Virus record (IMG/VR): IMGVR_UViG_3300008121_000001
Location: 29,015 to 93,014 of that record
Strand: one strand, 5' to 3'
Source: a virus
DNA: 64,000 nucleotides
Position numbers and translations under genes: made by a program. Shown one piece after another: positions 38,254 through 47,245 of this stretch (positions within the stretch are counted from its first letter, which is position 1; every line of letters starts with the position of its first letter). Below the pieces are notes generated by a model that was not told the DNA's origin, did not search any database, and saw only the letters and a program-made list of their open reading frames with translations.

Positions 38254-38603
38254 TAGATAGTTACAATCTCATTAACAAATCCATACGCAACAATAGCTCC
38301 AGTAGTTGCAGCCCAAGCTTTTATAACTACCGAGCCTGTATAGACTAAGCCATTTATCACAGGCACAAGTCCTCTGCCAGCAGGAATAGTAACAGGAATT
38401 AAATTAGTTGAACCAGTCCCGCCAATTGCAAGAGTTACAAGTACATCATTCGCACTATTATTGCAAAATGCGACCCAACATTCGTGCAAATTTGTCGGGT
38501 GAGCCGTGTGAATCGTGTTAGCTGAACCTGAAGTTGTGGCATTGATAGGAATACCAATTCCTGACGTAGACCCACTTAGTAACTGCTTTTGAAAAGTATC
38601 CAA
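38253..38603 (-). CDS. small virion protein
   Basis: Beta-rich 116-aa ORF in structural operon. Confidence 0.65.
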   Translation of the reverse strand: MDTFQKQLLSGSTSGIGIPINATTSGSANTIHTAHPTNLHECWVAFCNNSANDVLVTLAIGGTGSTNLIPVTIPAGRGLVPVINGLVYTGSVVIKAWAATTGAIVAYGFVNEIVTI

Positions 38604-41096
38604 TTATAAATCCTCTGAGTGTGGTACTAATAAACTAGCTTTTTTAACACCTTCATTAATAATAACTAAATCAGCTTCAATATCTGATAAATTTGTATTA
38701 ACTAATACGTCTGTTTTAGCTTTAATACTATCTAATTTAGTTTCGTTAGCATTAATCTCACTTATTATAGCTGTTTGAGCATTACTTACATTAGTTGGTG
38801 TAGCAAATCCTGTTGCAGTTACCCACTGACCTTGATTAGTTTGAAGTTCACTAGTATCTTCAAGTATAGAAACAATAGCAGAATTATTTGGAGCTACATA
38901 TCCAGATGAAGCTAATCTTGTAGAAGTTGCTACATCAATTCTAGCTAGTTCAGTAGCCAACTCTGACCTAACTGCTGATGCAATTACTCCAGATGTTATG
39001 TTTGTATTACCAATAGCTGCAACAATAGCTGCTATTACTTGTTGACTATCGCCTTCATTTATGATGGCTGCTTCTACGCCTGTTGCTATTGCTGTCACTT
39101 GGGCTGTGCTTATTGTCACATCAACATTTAAACTTCTAGTTACAGCAGTCCAAACAGCATTTGCAATTGTAGTGGCACTAATAGGAGCAGTATAACTGCT
39201 AGTGGCTAGTCTGCTAGATATTGCGGTATCTAAATTATCTAATCTGCTATCTGTAGTTAGTAACGGATTTGAAGGTATAGCAGTAATTTTAGTTAACTCA
39301 GTACCAAGTTCAGTTCTAACTTGTCCTGCAATCACTGAAGCTGTAGGAGGTGTAGTGTAGCTACCTGATGCTAACCTTGTGCTGATAGCTACATCTAGTT
39401 TTGTTGAATTGCTATCTATTTCTGAACGAATAGCAGAAACAGATGGGGGTATTGTATAAGAGGCACTAGCTAACCTGCTTGAAATAGTTGCATCTAAATT
39501 ATCAAGTCTACTGTCACTAGATAGTAAGGTCGTAGTGGGTATGGAGTTAACACTTGATTGGCTAGCCCTAGTTGAGGTCGCTACGTCAAGTCTTCCCAAC
39601 TCGGCAGTTAATTCAGTTCTGACTTGAGAAGCTACCGTAGCAGCAGAAGCAGGGGCAGTGTAGCTAGCAGTTGCGAGTCTAGTAGATATAGCAGCATCAA
39701 GATTATTTAGTCTAGCGTCTGAGGAAAGTAATGTTGTGGTTGGTATTGCACTTACACTTGCTTGTGAAGCTCTAGTCGCAATATCTGTACTAACAGACAC
39801 GCTAGGTGTTCCCAGTTTAGTATTTATAGCTGATATTGTCGCATTATCGGGGGCTGTATATCCTCCAGAAGCTAGACGAGTTGAAATTGCAGCATCTATT
39901 CTACCAAGTTCTGTTGATATTTCTGTTCTAACTTGAGAAGCTACTTGAGAGACTGTAGGAGGTATAGTGTAAGTTACTTCAGATAATCTTGTGCTAATTG
40001 CAACATCTAGCTTAGTAGAGTTAGTATCTAGTTCAGTCCTAATTTGCGTGACAGTAGGTGGAGTTACTGCGTTACGACTTGAAATAGTTGTGTCAATTCG
40101 AGATAATTCTGTACCTAATTCAGTTCGTACTTGAGTGGCTATAGTGGAAGCAGGTATTGGAGCAGAATAACTTGCAGTTGCTAGTCTACTACTTACCGTA
40201 GTATCGAGATTATCAAGTCTTAAATCTGTTGTAAGAAGTGTTGTTGTTGGAATTGCATTAACACTTGTTTGAGAAGCTCTGCTTGCAATGTCTGCACTAA
40301 CAGAAGTCGCAGGAGTCCCTAACTTAGTATTAATAGTCGAAATTGTTAAGTTATCTGGAGCTGTATAACCAGCACTTGCTAAACGACTAGAAACAGTTGT
40401 ATCAATTCTACCTAACTCTGTAGAAAGCTCGGTTCTAACCGCAGTGGCAATAGTTGCAGGAGAACTACCTCCACCTGCATCTGCCAAAGCTTTACCCGCA
40501 CTTCCACTGATTATATGACCAGATAATAACCTATCCCAAACGGCAGTGGCAATACTAGAAGCACTTGCCCCTCCTCCGCCTCCTCCCGTAGCACTGTTTA
40601 GAACTTCGCCCATTGTCCCTATTACATTGTTGAGCGAAGCTATAGCCCCCCAAACTTCTTGAGCAATATCATAGGCAGAAGGTTTAAATCCTATATTTAA
40701 AGTTGCACCTATAACTCCCCTTCCAAATAAAGTTAAGGTATTACAAGTTGCAACACCGTTAGCTGTCCCTGATTTCAAGCTTCCTGCAATTAAAAAACTT
40801 GAAGTTGTAATTAAACCAGTCAAATCTACTGAACCAGCAATAGACCCTACAGCTTGAATTGAACCTGTTGTCGTAGACGAACCAAATGTTCTAAAAGTAC
40901 TAGCTATTTGACCTATTGAAAATGGAAGTTTTAAAGCGCTTCCATAATACCCAACAGGATAAGAAGTAGTAGCGCCAAAGGCTATTCTATTAGCCATTGA
41001 CCGACCAACATCACCCCTAGAGTTTAGAGAAGAAGAAAATGAACCTCCTCCAACAAATCTTAATCCATTACTTGTAACTCCATTATTCCTCAGCAT
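38604..41096 (-). CDS. repetitive fibre-like virion protein
   Basis: Many 'VRTEL.TEL.RID..ISTRLAS..YTAP' repeats. Confidence 0.8.
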   Translation of the reverse strand: MLRNNGVTSNGLRFVGGGSFSSSLNSRGDVGRSMANRIAFGATTSYPVGYYGSALKLPFSIGQIASTFRTFGSSTTTGSIQAVGSIAGSVDLTGLITTSSFLIAGSLKSGTANGVATCNTLTLFGRGVIGATLNIGFKPSAYDIAQEVWGAIASLNNVIGTMGEVLNSATGGGGGGASASSIATAVWDRLLSGHIISGSAGKALADAGGGSSPATIATAVRTELSTELGRIDTTVSSRLASAGYTAPDNLTISTINTKLGTPATSVSADIASRASQTSVNAIPTTTLLTTDLRLDNLDTTVSSRLATASYSAPIPASTIATQVRTELGTELSRIDTTISSRNAVTPPTVTQIRTELDTNSTKLDVAISTRLSEVTYTIPPTVSQVASQVRTEISTELGRIDAAISTRLASGGYTAPDNATISAINTKLGTPSVSVSTDIATRASQASVSAIPTTTLLSSDARLNNLDAAISTRLATASYTAPASAATVASQVRTELTAELGRLDVATSTRASQSSVNSIPTTTLLSSDSRLDNLDATISSRLASASYTIPPSVSAIRSEIDSNSTKLDVAISTRLASGSYTTPPTASVIAGQVRTELGTELTKITAIPSNPLLTTDSRLDNLDTAISSRLATSSYTAPISATTIANAVWTAVTRSLNVDVTISTAQVTAIATGVEAAIINEGDSQQVIAAIVAAIGNTNITSGVIASAVRSELATELARIDVATSTRLASSGYVAPNNSAIVSILEDTSELQTNQGQWVTATGFATPTNVSNAQTAIISEINANETKLDSIKAKTDVLVNTNLSDIEADLVIINEGVKKASLLVPHSEDL

Positions 41097-41262
41097 TTAT
41101 GCTCCAGTTATCTGCAATAATTTGTAGAGCAACTATTAAATCCAAAGCTTCTTTTTGACTATTGATTCTGATAAATCTACCATCAACAATTTCAAAACCT
41201 ACTACAGTACCTTCATTGTACGGAGGGGATGGGACAGGAATCTTCAAGCTAGTTCCAAGCAT
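41083..41262 (-). CDS. small hypothetical protein
   Basis: Overlaps both neighbours in operon. Confidence 0.5.
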   Translation of the reverse strand: MLGTSLKIPVPSPPYNEGTVVGFEIVDGRFIRINSQKEALDLIVALQIIADNWSINAEE

Positions 41263-42151
41263 ATTGAATTTCTCCAAAAACTACGCTACCAGAAGTCAAT
41301 GCTCCGCCAACTTGAATAAACATACCTAAACAAGAATCATCAAAAATTCGTGGTAGTGAAGGGATTTGATTAAGGAAATCTCTTTCCCCTGCTACGTTAG
41401 CAGCAACTAAAGGAATGTATGCAATAGGTCTATGTAAAACTAAACATCCTACACCAGATGTTGCTCCTGTATTGATAACGTAAGATTGCACTGACTGAAC
41501 ACCTAAATCCCCAGCTTGTTTCGGATGGTAAAGACCACCAACTGTAACTGCTGCATTTGTTTGACCATAACAAGCTCCAACTGGAGTTGCTGTGGCAGGT
41601 GCAAAAAGAGAACCCGCAGGTGCTGTTGTAGTTCTCCCCGCCGTTCCTGCTTCGTTAGTATATGTCAAAGTAACTTGACCATTACCAGCAGTTGTTGCTG
41701 TAGTAACAATAAGAGAAGCCTCTACACCATTGGCATTAGTCATTCTAGTGCTACCCGTACCTGTCCAGACTGGATGGTTAGATAAAGTACTCGGAGCGCC
41801 AGTTAAAGCTAATGAAGGATAGATATGAATAATATCTGTTAGTAGTAAATAAGAGGGAACTGCTGTAGCTGAAGCTGTAACTGCTGTCATAGACAACAAA
41901 TGTCGGGTAAGGGCTGCTACGTCGGCATTAAGAGGCAAAGCTCCAACACTTGAACGATTTCGTACAATTCCAGTACCTGCTGTTCCAGTTAATACCATCT
42001 GACCGCCAGTACCACCTGCCGTAAGAAGTTCGTGCCATCTGCCAGCCGCAGAAGTTGCTCCTGTCTGAATTGTTTTATTAAAGCCTAATTTTTGAATACT
42101 ATTATTTACTGTAATAGCATTTACAAGTGCATCAATACTCGAAAAACCCAT
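41249..42151 (-). CDS. putative virion protein (Gly/Thr-rich)
   Basis: 300-aa ORF; contains LTYTNEAGTAGRT and QAGDLGVQSVQS. Confidence 0.7.
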   Translation of the reverse strand: MGFSSIDALVNAITVNNSIQKLGFNKTIQTGATSAAGRWHELLTAGGTGGQMVLTGTAGTGIVRNRSSVGALPLNADVAALTRHLLSMTAVTASATAVPSYLLLTDIIHIYPSLALTGAPSTLSNHPVWTGTGSTRMTNANGVEASLIVTTATTAGNGQVTLTYTNEAGTAGRTTTAPAGSLFAPATATPVGACYGQTNAAVTVGGLYHPKQAGDLGVQSVQSYVINTGATSGVGCLVLHRPIAYIPLVAANVAGERDFLNQIPSLPRIFDDSCLGMFIQVGGALTSGSVVFGEIQYAWN

Positions 42152-42154
42152 TTT

Positions 42155-42562
42155 TTAATCCTCTGAAATACTTAGAGCGCCAGCACCGATAATTGGCTGA
42201 ATATTTTCTGAAATAGATAAAGAAGAGTTTAACGCTCCTTTATAAAGTACTTTTCCAGTCCCACTAGAAGCTGTACCTATAGCCCAGTGAGTTGCTGTAG
42301 CAGTGCCTCCAGTACAATTACCAAAAGTAATTTGTGCAGCATTAACTGAATTATTATCTACTACAGTCCATCCAGTGTTGTCTCTGGGTACACTAACTCT
42401 TGCATATCCTGTATAAGAAATTTCAGAAGTAGTTTGAACCCCTGCTTCTCCGACATCTGCATTATGTAAAGAAACGAATAAGTTACCGCCAATACCACCA
42501 ATTGCAGTAGCATTGAAAGTGAATAACATTAAATCGTTTTCGTAAGTATTTGATTTACTCAT
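42155..42562 (-). CDS. putative tail-associated protein
   Basis: MSKSNTYEN..VSLH.AD.GEAG.Q.TSE..Y.GYARV..ITF..THW.IG. Confidence 0.75.
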   Translation of the reverse strand: MSKSNTYENDLMLFTFNATAIGGIGGNLFVSLHNADVGEAGVQTTSEISYTGYARVSVPRDNTGWTVVDNNSVNAAQITFGNCTGGTATATHWAIGTASSGTGKVLYKGALNSSLSISENIQPIIGAGALSISED

Positions 42563-42990
42563 TATCTTGAAACTATTAAACCGCTTAAATTTGGACTATT
42601 GTAAGTGCTGTAAAAAGCATCTTGAGAAGACACATAAGGCGAAGGAACAAATCTATACCTAATTGTAGCATTTTGCGTATAACGATAGATTGACCCATCT
42701 GTAACTGTTTCTAAAAATTCAGGAGGAGTATCCCAAGTGCTGACATAATAAATCCAACTATTTAAAGTTGCATCTTGCCCTTGAAGACTTTCGAGCCACT
42801 CTTCTTTTGTACCTACAAAACCACTTATAAGAGCTAAATCATATGCACTAAGACCACTAACTCCCAATTGCGCTACTGTAACTCGTATATTAGTTGATAC
42901 TGACTCAGACACTGCAATACGAAACTGATTTGTATTTCCAGTTGCAGTTACTTTGTACTCTTGCAGTGTCTGGTTTACTGTAACTCTCAT
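42562..42990 (-). CDS. putative tail protein
   Basis: GLSAYDLA...GFVGT.EEWLESL.G motif typical of phage tail/collagen-like proteins. Confidence 0.7.
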   Translation of the reverse strand: MRVTVNQTLQEYKVTATGNTNQFRIAVSESVSTNIRVTVAQLGVSGLSAYDLALISGFVGTKEEWLESLQGQDATLNSWIYYVSTWDTPPEFLETVTDGSIYRYTQNATIRYRFVPSPYVSSQDAFYSTYNSPNLSGLIVSR

Positions 42991-43346
42991 TAACTTATAT
43001 CAGGTAATATGTTCCAAACTAACGGACTAGAGCCGTCTGTAATTGTAGTAACTTTCCCATTAGGTGCAGTCATCTCTATCCCGAAAATATAGCGCTGAGC
43101 GGGATAATTTATAACTTCTGGCATAAAATATATTTTGCCATTTGTAGGAGTAGGGCAAGTTATTTTACCATTAACAGTGCTATATTCCCAAATTACGGAA
43201 CCTTGAGGGCTAGTCTTGAATTTGGCAGAAAAAGAATAGCCAGTTAAGTCCATGTCAGTGTATACGTTGTTATCTTCACTCTCGAAGTGAAACTCAACTC
43301 CATCCCAAGTATCGCCTTTTTTGTGCGGTTTTATTGTGTCAGCCAT
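42990..43346 (-). CDS. BppU-N-like virion adaptor protein
   Basis: KGDTW..DLTGY.F.AKF..NGKI..Y.F.IE. Confidence 0.6.
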   Translation of the reverse strand: MADTIKPHKKGDTWDGVEFHFESEDNNVYTDMDLTGYSFSAKFKTSPQGSVIWEYSTVNGKITCPTPTNGKIYFMPEVINYPAQRYIFGIEMTAPNGKVTTITDGSSPLVWNILPDIS

Positions 43347-43364
43347 TTTTATTCTTATTAACTA

Positions 43365-43844
43365 TTATAATTTTACACTTGTTTTATAAATGTGGCAAAG
43401 AATACAAGCCGCTGCATCTGCACAGTGATTCTCTTTATAATCAAATTTTCTTTCTGGAAACACTTTTTCAACTGCATCTATTACATTTTGCTTATCAGAA
43501 CCTCCAAAATGAGCTACTGCTTTTTTCACTTCTGTTGGCATATAAGAAAATTCTTCCAATCCGTACTTATTTGCCAAATAACGAGTTACACCTATAGATT
43601 GGTTGAGCTTTGCACCAATATCTCCTTTTAGTACAGGATTTTCATAAATATAAGCAGTTGGTTTATACTGCTTAACTATTTTTTTAAAGTGTGCAGCTAT
43701 ATCTGCAAGATTTTGTGGTAAAGTGTCGTTTTTGTCTGTGTAGAAATTTTCAGCATAAAGTAATTGTAACTTTTCTTTTTCTGCATTTACAATTGCAAAG
43801 CCGCTAGACCTGTAACCAACATCATTACCAAGATAAACAGTCAT
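43365..43844 (-). CDS. ruvC: Holliday junction resolvase
   Basis: LGNDVG..SG; YE; Y.PTEVKKAV..G.SDK..V; HCADAAA. Confidence 0.85.
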   Translation of the reverse strand: MTVYLGNDVGYRSSGFAIVNAEKEKLQLLYAENFYTDKNDTLPQNLADIAAHFKKIVKQYKPTAYIYENPVLKGDIGAKLNQSIGVTRYLANKYGLEEFSYMPTEVKKAVAHFGGSDKQNVIDAVEKVFPERKFDYKENHCADAAACILCHIYKTSVKL

Positions 43845-43878
43845 ATAAACTAAAATATAGATAAAACAACATTAACAC

Positions 43879-44784
43879 ATGACCTTATCACTGGACTATA
43901 TAGGCATAAATTCACTTCCATGCCGTAGCTATTTAGATTTCACTAATCCTAGTTACTCATCAATTTCAGGTAGCACTTTTACTCAGCTAAATCTTACTGG
44001 CAACACAAATTATGACTTCATCTCTACAGGCGCACTAAACTTTCCTGTACGTGGTTCTGAGGGCATAACCTTTACTTCTACTCAGAAACTCTCTCCTCGC
44101 GTCTCAGACATCATCTTTGATGCACCCAGCTACTCTTTACTCATTGTGTCGAAAAATTCTAACAACTCATTACTAAAAGTTGGTAAAACTAACCCAAACC
44201 TACCAAAACTGTTGGAAATTGACTACACAGCTACCAACTTTAATCAAAATTACTCAAGACTGAACGTAGCTGACCGTGAACTAACTCTTGGCGACCTTGA
44301 GACTACTCAAGTATGCCTACTTTCTCATGATGTTGTTGCTGGAGTGAGCAACACATCGATAAATTTAGCTGATTTTCAACAAAACACCAAGCTTGATGCT
44401 GGATATATGCTGCCGAATTTGTCATCGTTCGTTTTAGGTGAGGGGTTTGGCGGAGAACTACTTAATTTCCTTCTTTTTGTGCCAGCTATTGAAAATGTGC
44501 ATCTATTAGAGCTTGGGAGACGGGTATCGGATTATATTCCACAATCAGAGCTAAAATTTGACAAACTACTGCTGACGACAGAGAGTAAACTAGAATTGGC
44601 AAGCTCACTCTTTTCTGCACCCCGAATTAAATTCAATTTGCCCATAAAAGTCCGAAACTTAGAAACAAATTCGAGTTTGTTATTTAGTAGCTCCCTAATA
44701 GTAATTGCAAGCTATCTGTGGGATTCGTTATCGGATGGGCAGTGGGTGGATATTAGTGAGTCATTGTGGGATTCAATGGGATAA
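43879..44784 (+). CDS. putative virion protein (LamG-like)
   Basis: Beta-rich; C-terminal W-rich repeat LWDSLSDGQWVDISESLWDSM. Confidence 0.65.
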   Translation: MTLSLDYIGINSLPCRSYLDFTNPSYSSISGSTFTQLNLTGNTNYDFISTGALNFPVRGSEGITFTSTQKLSPRVSDIIFDAPSYSLLIVSKNSNNSLLKVGKTNPNLPKLLEIDYTATNFNQNYSRLNVADRELTLGDLETTQVCLLSHDVVAGVSNTSINLADFQQNTKLDAGYMLPNLSSFVLGEGFGGELLNFLLFVPAIENVHLLELGRRVSDYIPQSELKFDKLLLTTESKLELASSLFSAPRIKFNLPIKVRNLETNSSLLFSSSLIVIASYLWDSLSDGQWVDISESLWDSMG

Positions 44785-45483
44785 CTAATAAACGAAGCCG
44801 TTGTAACGCCGTACTTTGAAATTAGCAAATGGTGAATCACTTTTACTAAAATCGTTTGACTGGGAAGGTAAATTGCCGTTTCTATACTGTCCTTGTGGAT
44901 ATTTCTTTAACCGTACATCTGGTCGTCGTAGTTGAGATAGTTGGGAATTTTGCTCTTGACCAACACCTTGAGTATTTTGATTAGCTAAAGGGTATGGCTG
45001 AGAATTGCCAGATTGAGTTTTACCACTTGCATTAGGTACAGTGATAGCTGTCGTATCAATAGTCTGCTGATTTGTAGGGGCAGGAGTTGTTATTACGCCA
45101 TTTTGTATAGGTTGTGGTCGTGGAACTGGTTGAGCCGCAGATAGTTGTGCTTGAGGTGCAGAAGGAATCTGAGTATCAACTTGCCCAGCTTTACGTGCTT
45201 GATAAGCATTCTTCAGACTTGCACTACCATATCCAACTGCACCACCTAATGCAGCTCCACCAGCAACCTGACCCGCAAGATTACCGATAGATTTATCTTC
45301 ACTACCTAAATAGTTGACAGCTCCAATTCCAGCACCAACACCTGCACCAAGTTTAGCGGCTCTTCCAGATGTAGAGAGCGCTTTCCCAGCTTTAGTACCA
45401 AGTTGAGTTGCCAGCCCAGCCCAATCTACTGCAAAGTTTGAGTATTTAGGATTTGTTGCTCTTGCGTATGCTGAAATTCTCAT
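44785..45483 (-). CDS. Gly/Ala/Gln-rich protein with KYSNF and PFANF motifs (candidate internal virion protein)
   Basis: Glycine-zipper segments; motif near both ends. Confidence 0.7.
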   Translation of the reverse strand: MRISAYARATNPKYSNFAVDWAGLATQLGTKAGKALSTSGRAAKLGAGVGAGIGAVNYLGSEDKSIGNLAGQVAGGAALGGAVGYGSASLKNAYQARKAGQVDTQIPSAPQAQLSAAQPVPRPQPIQNGVITTPAPTNQQTIDTTAITVPNASGKTQSGNSQPYPLANQNTQGVGQEQNSQLSQLRRPDVRLKKYPQGQYRNGNLPSQSNDFSKSDSPFANFKVRRYNGFVY

Positions 45484-45487
45484 ATTT

Positions 45488-46309
45488 TTAATTTAGACTT
45501 TGTAATATATTATATAGGGCAACCTCTTGAGTAGTGGTTAAACCCGCCCCCATCGTAAAATTGGATACTCTAGCAGCACCATACAAGGGGATTGTCCCCA
45601 CAGGCTCATTCATCGCAAAAAATGGGATGGTGTAATTGGGGTTGGCTATTGGGCTAGCAAGTCCTGCATCCGTTGTAGCATAGCCATTTACCACCAATCT
45701 ACCAGCACCGCCAGTTAGTCGATTTAGTAAATGGAACCCAGTAGCTTGAGGAGTTGTAGCAATATAAGCGGAATCTCCTAACAGAATTTGCCCCTCAAAA
45801 AATGAGTCGAAATATGCGTACATTTCAATAAAATCGTCCCCATTGTTACCGCCCCCCATTACCCCCCCGTACTCAATAGATGCATTCGCACCGTGGTCGG
45901 TCACCCAAGCCGACATGTGAACATCATATCTACCAGCATTCGAGAAAGTTCCTAGAGATGTTGCGGGGTTCCAACCTGAATTTAAATACTTGTTAGAGCC
46001 ATTGCCTTTTAGCCCTTGCGATGTCCAATCACCTGACACAAAATTATAGTTAGTAGCATTGCCAACACCGTCATCATAAACAGCCACTAAGCAGCCTGTA
46101 AACGATTCTGTTAAATTCAGGCATAACCAATATTTCAAATAATTGGCAGAACCTCGTAAATTATTTGCATAGAGATTTTTTATAGCAGAATCCAAAGCTT
46201 TAACTTTTACAGGGGCAACTGACCCCCCAACTAAAGAGACACGTTGTAAGTAGTTACGAGTGTCAGGATGTAAACTATTAGCTAATATCTGCTTTATAAT
46301 TAATTTCAT
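45488..46309 (-). CDS. putative virion protein
   Basis: GLKGNGSNKYLNSG..GAGLT..ALY; lectin-like. Confidence 0.65.
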   Translation of the reverse strand: MKLIIKQILANSLHPDTRNYLQRVSLVGGSVAPVKVKALDSAIKNLYANNLRGSANYLKYWLCLNLTESFTGCLVAVYDDGVGNATNYNFVSGDWTSQGLKGNGSNKYLNSGWNPATSLGTFSNAGRYDVHMSAWVTDHGANASIEYGGVMGGGNNGDDFIEMYAYFDSFFEGQILLGDSAYIATTPQATGFHLLNRLTGGAGRLVVNGYATTDAGLASPIANPNYTIPFFAMNEPVGTIPLYGAARVSNFTMGAGLTTTQEVALYNILQSLN

Positions 46310-47196
46310 ACTGCAATTGCCCTTACCCGAATTGTTGCAGTTTGAGAGTTGGCTGCTGGAGTAAAAGCTCCAGTAGTTACAAGATATCCAAATAAAGATG
46401 TGCCTGTCAGTTTAATGGTGCTATTTATTAGATTAGCTTGGGCTACTAGGGAACCTCCCCCTTGAGCTAGGCTGGCAGAGCCGATAGATATACCTTTAGG
46501 ATATAGGATAGAAGCTCTATCTCCACTAGAGACACTAAAAGCATCATTGTCTGCAATAGCACTAGGAGGTGTAATTGAATACGGATAAAAAGTAAAAGCT
46601 GCCATTCCAGAAGGTAAGGTAGCGATATTAAAAATAACGTCGATATCAGTAATAAGTAAAGCTATACCAGAAGGCGGAGTAGTATTACCAACTAACTGAA
46701 ATGCAGCACCATAAACATCATTAGCGGTATAAGCAGTGGTATTGGCAGCGCGTGTGATTGTGGCAGTAAATTCGTAAAAAGAAGTTGGTGTTGTTTGTGT
46801 GACGGTAAATACCGCATCACTTGCAGGGACAACTGATAAGCTATTGGCGGCTGTTTTTATGCCTAAAGAACTAGGGAAAATAGCCATCAAAGAAGTTAAC
46901 CTTTGTGCAATTCTTTGTAACCTACCATTCAGTCCACTACTTGCAGTGTCATTAGCTGGCGCTGATTCCGTTAATTCGCCAATTCTAGAATTAGTTAGCT
47001 CAGCTTCTGTGATTTGGTCTAGTTGATTTGCGGCACTTGCATCACTTGACCCTCCTTCTCCAGAACCAATACCTAAAAGACTATTAATAGTATCTAGTCT
47101 GTCTATTTGGTTTTGCTCAAGCTTTGCCCCACGCTCGGAATCTAAATACGACTCCAGCCCAGCTTTTTCTGCTTCTAATTTATCTGTGAGCGCCAT
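46306..47196 (-). CDS. putative virion protein
   Basis: N-terminal helical region plus TITRAANTTAYTANDV beta domain. Confidence 0.65.
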   Translation of the reverse strand: MALTDKLEAEKAGLESYLDSERGAKLEQNQIDRLDTINSLLGIGSGEGGSSDASAANQLDQITEAELTNSRIGELTESAPANDTASSGLNGRLQRIAQRLTSLMAIFPSSLGIKTAANSLSVVPASDAVFTVTQTTPTSFYEFTATITRAANTTAYTANDVYGAAFQLVGNTTPPSGIALLITDIDVIFNIATLPSGMAAFTFYPYSITPPSAIADNDAFSVSSGDRASILYPKGISIGSASLAQGGGSLVAQANLINSTIKLTGTSLFGYLVTTGAFTPAANSQTATIRVRAIAV

Positions 47197-47245
47197 TCGC
47201 CTACCAACTTTTTAAATTTCTACTTCTAGTATACAATAAGAATAT

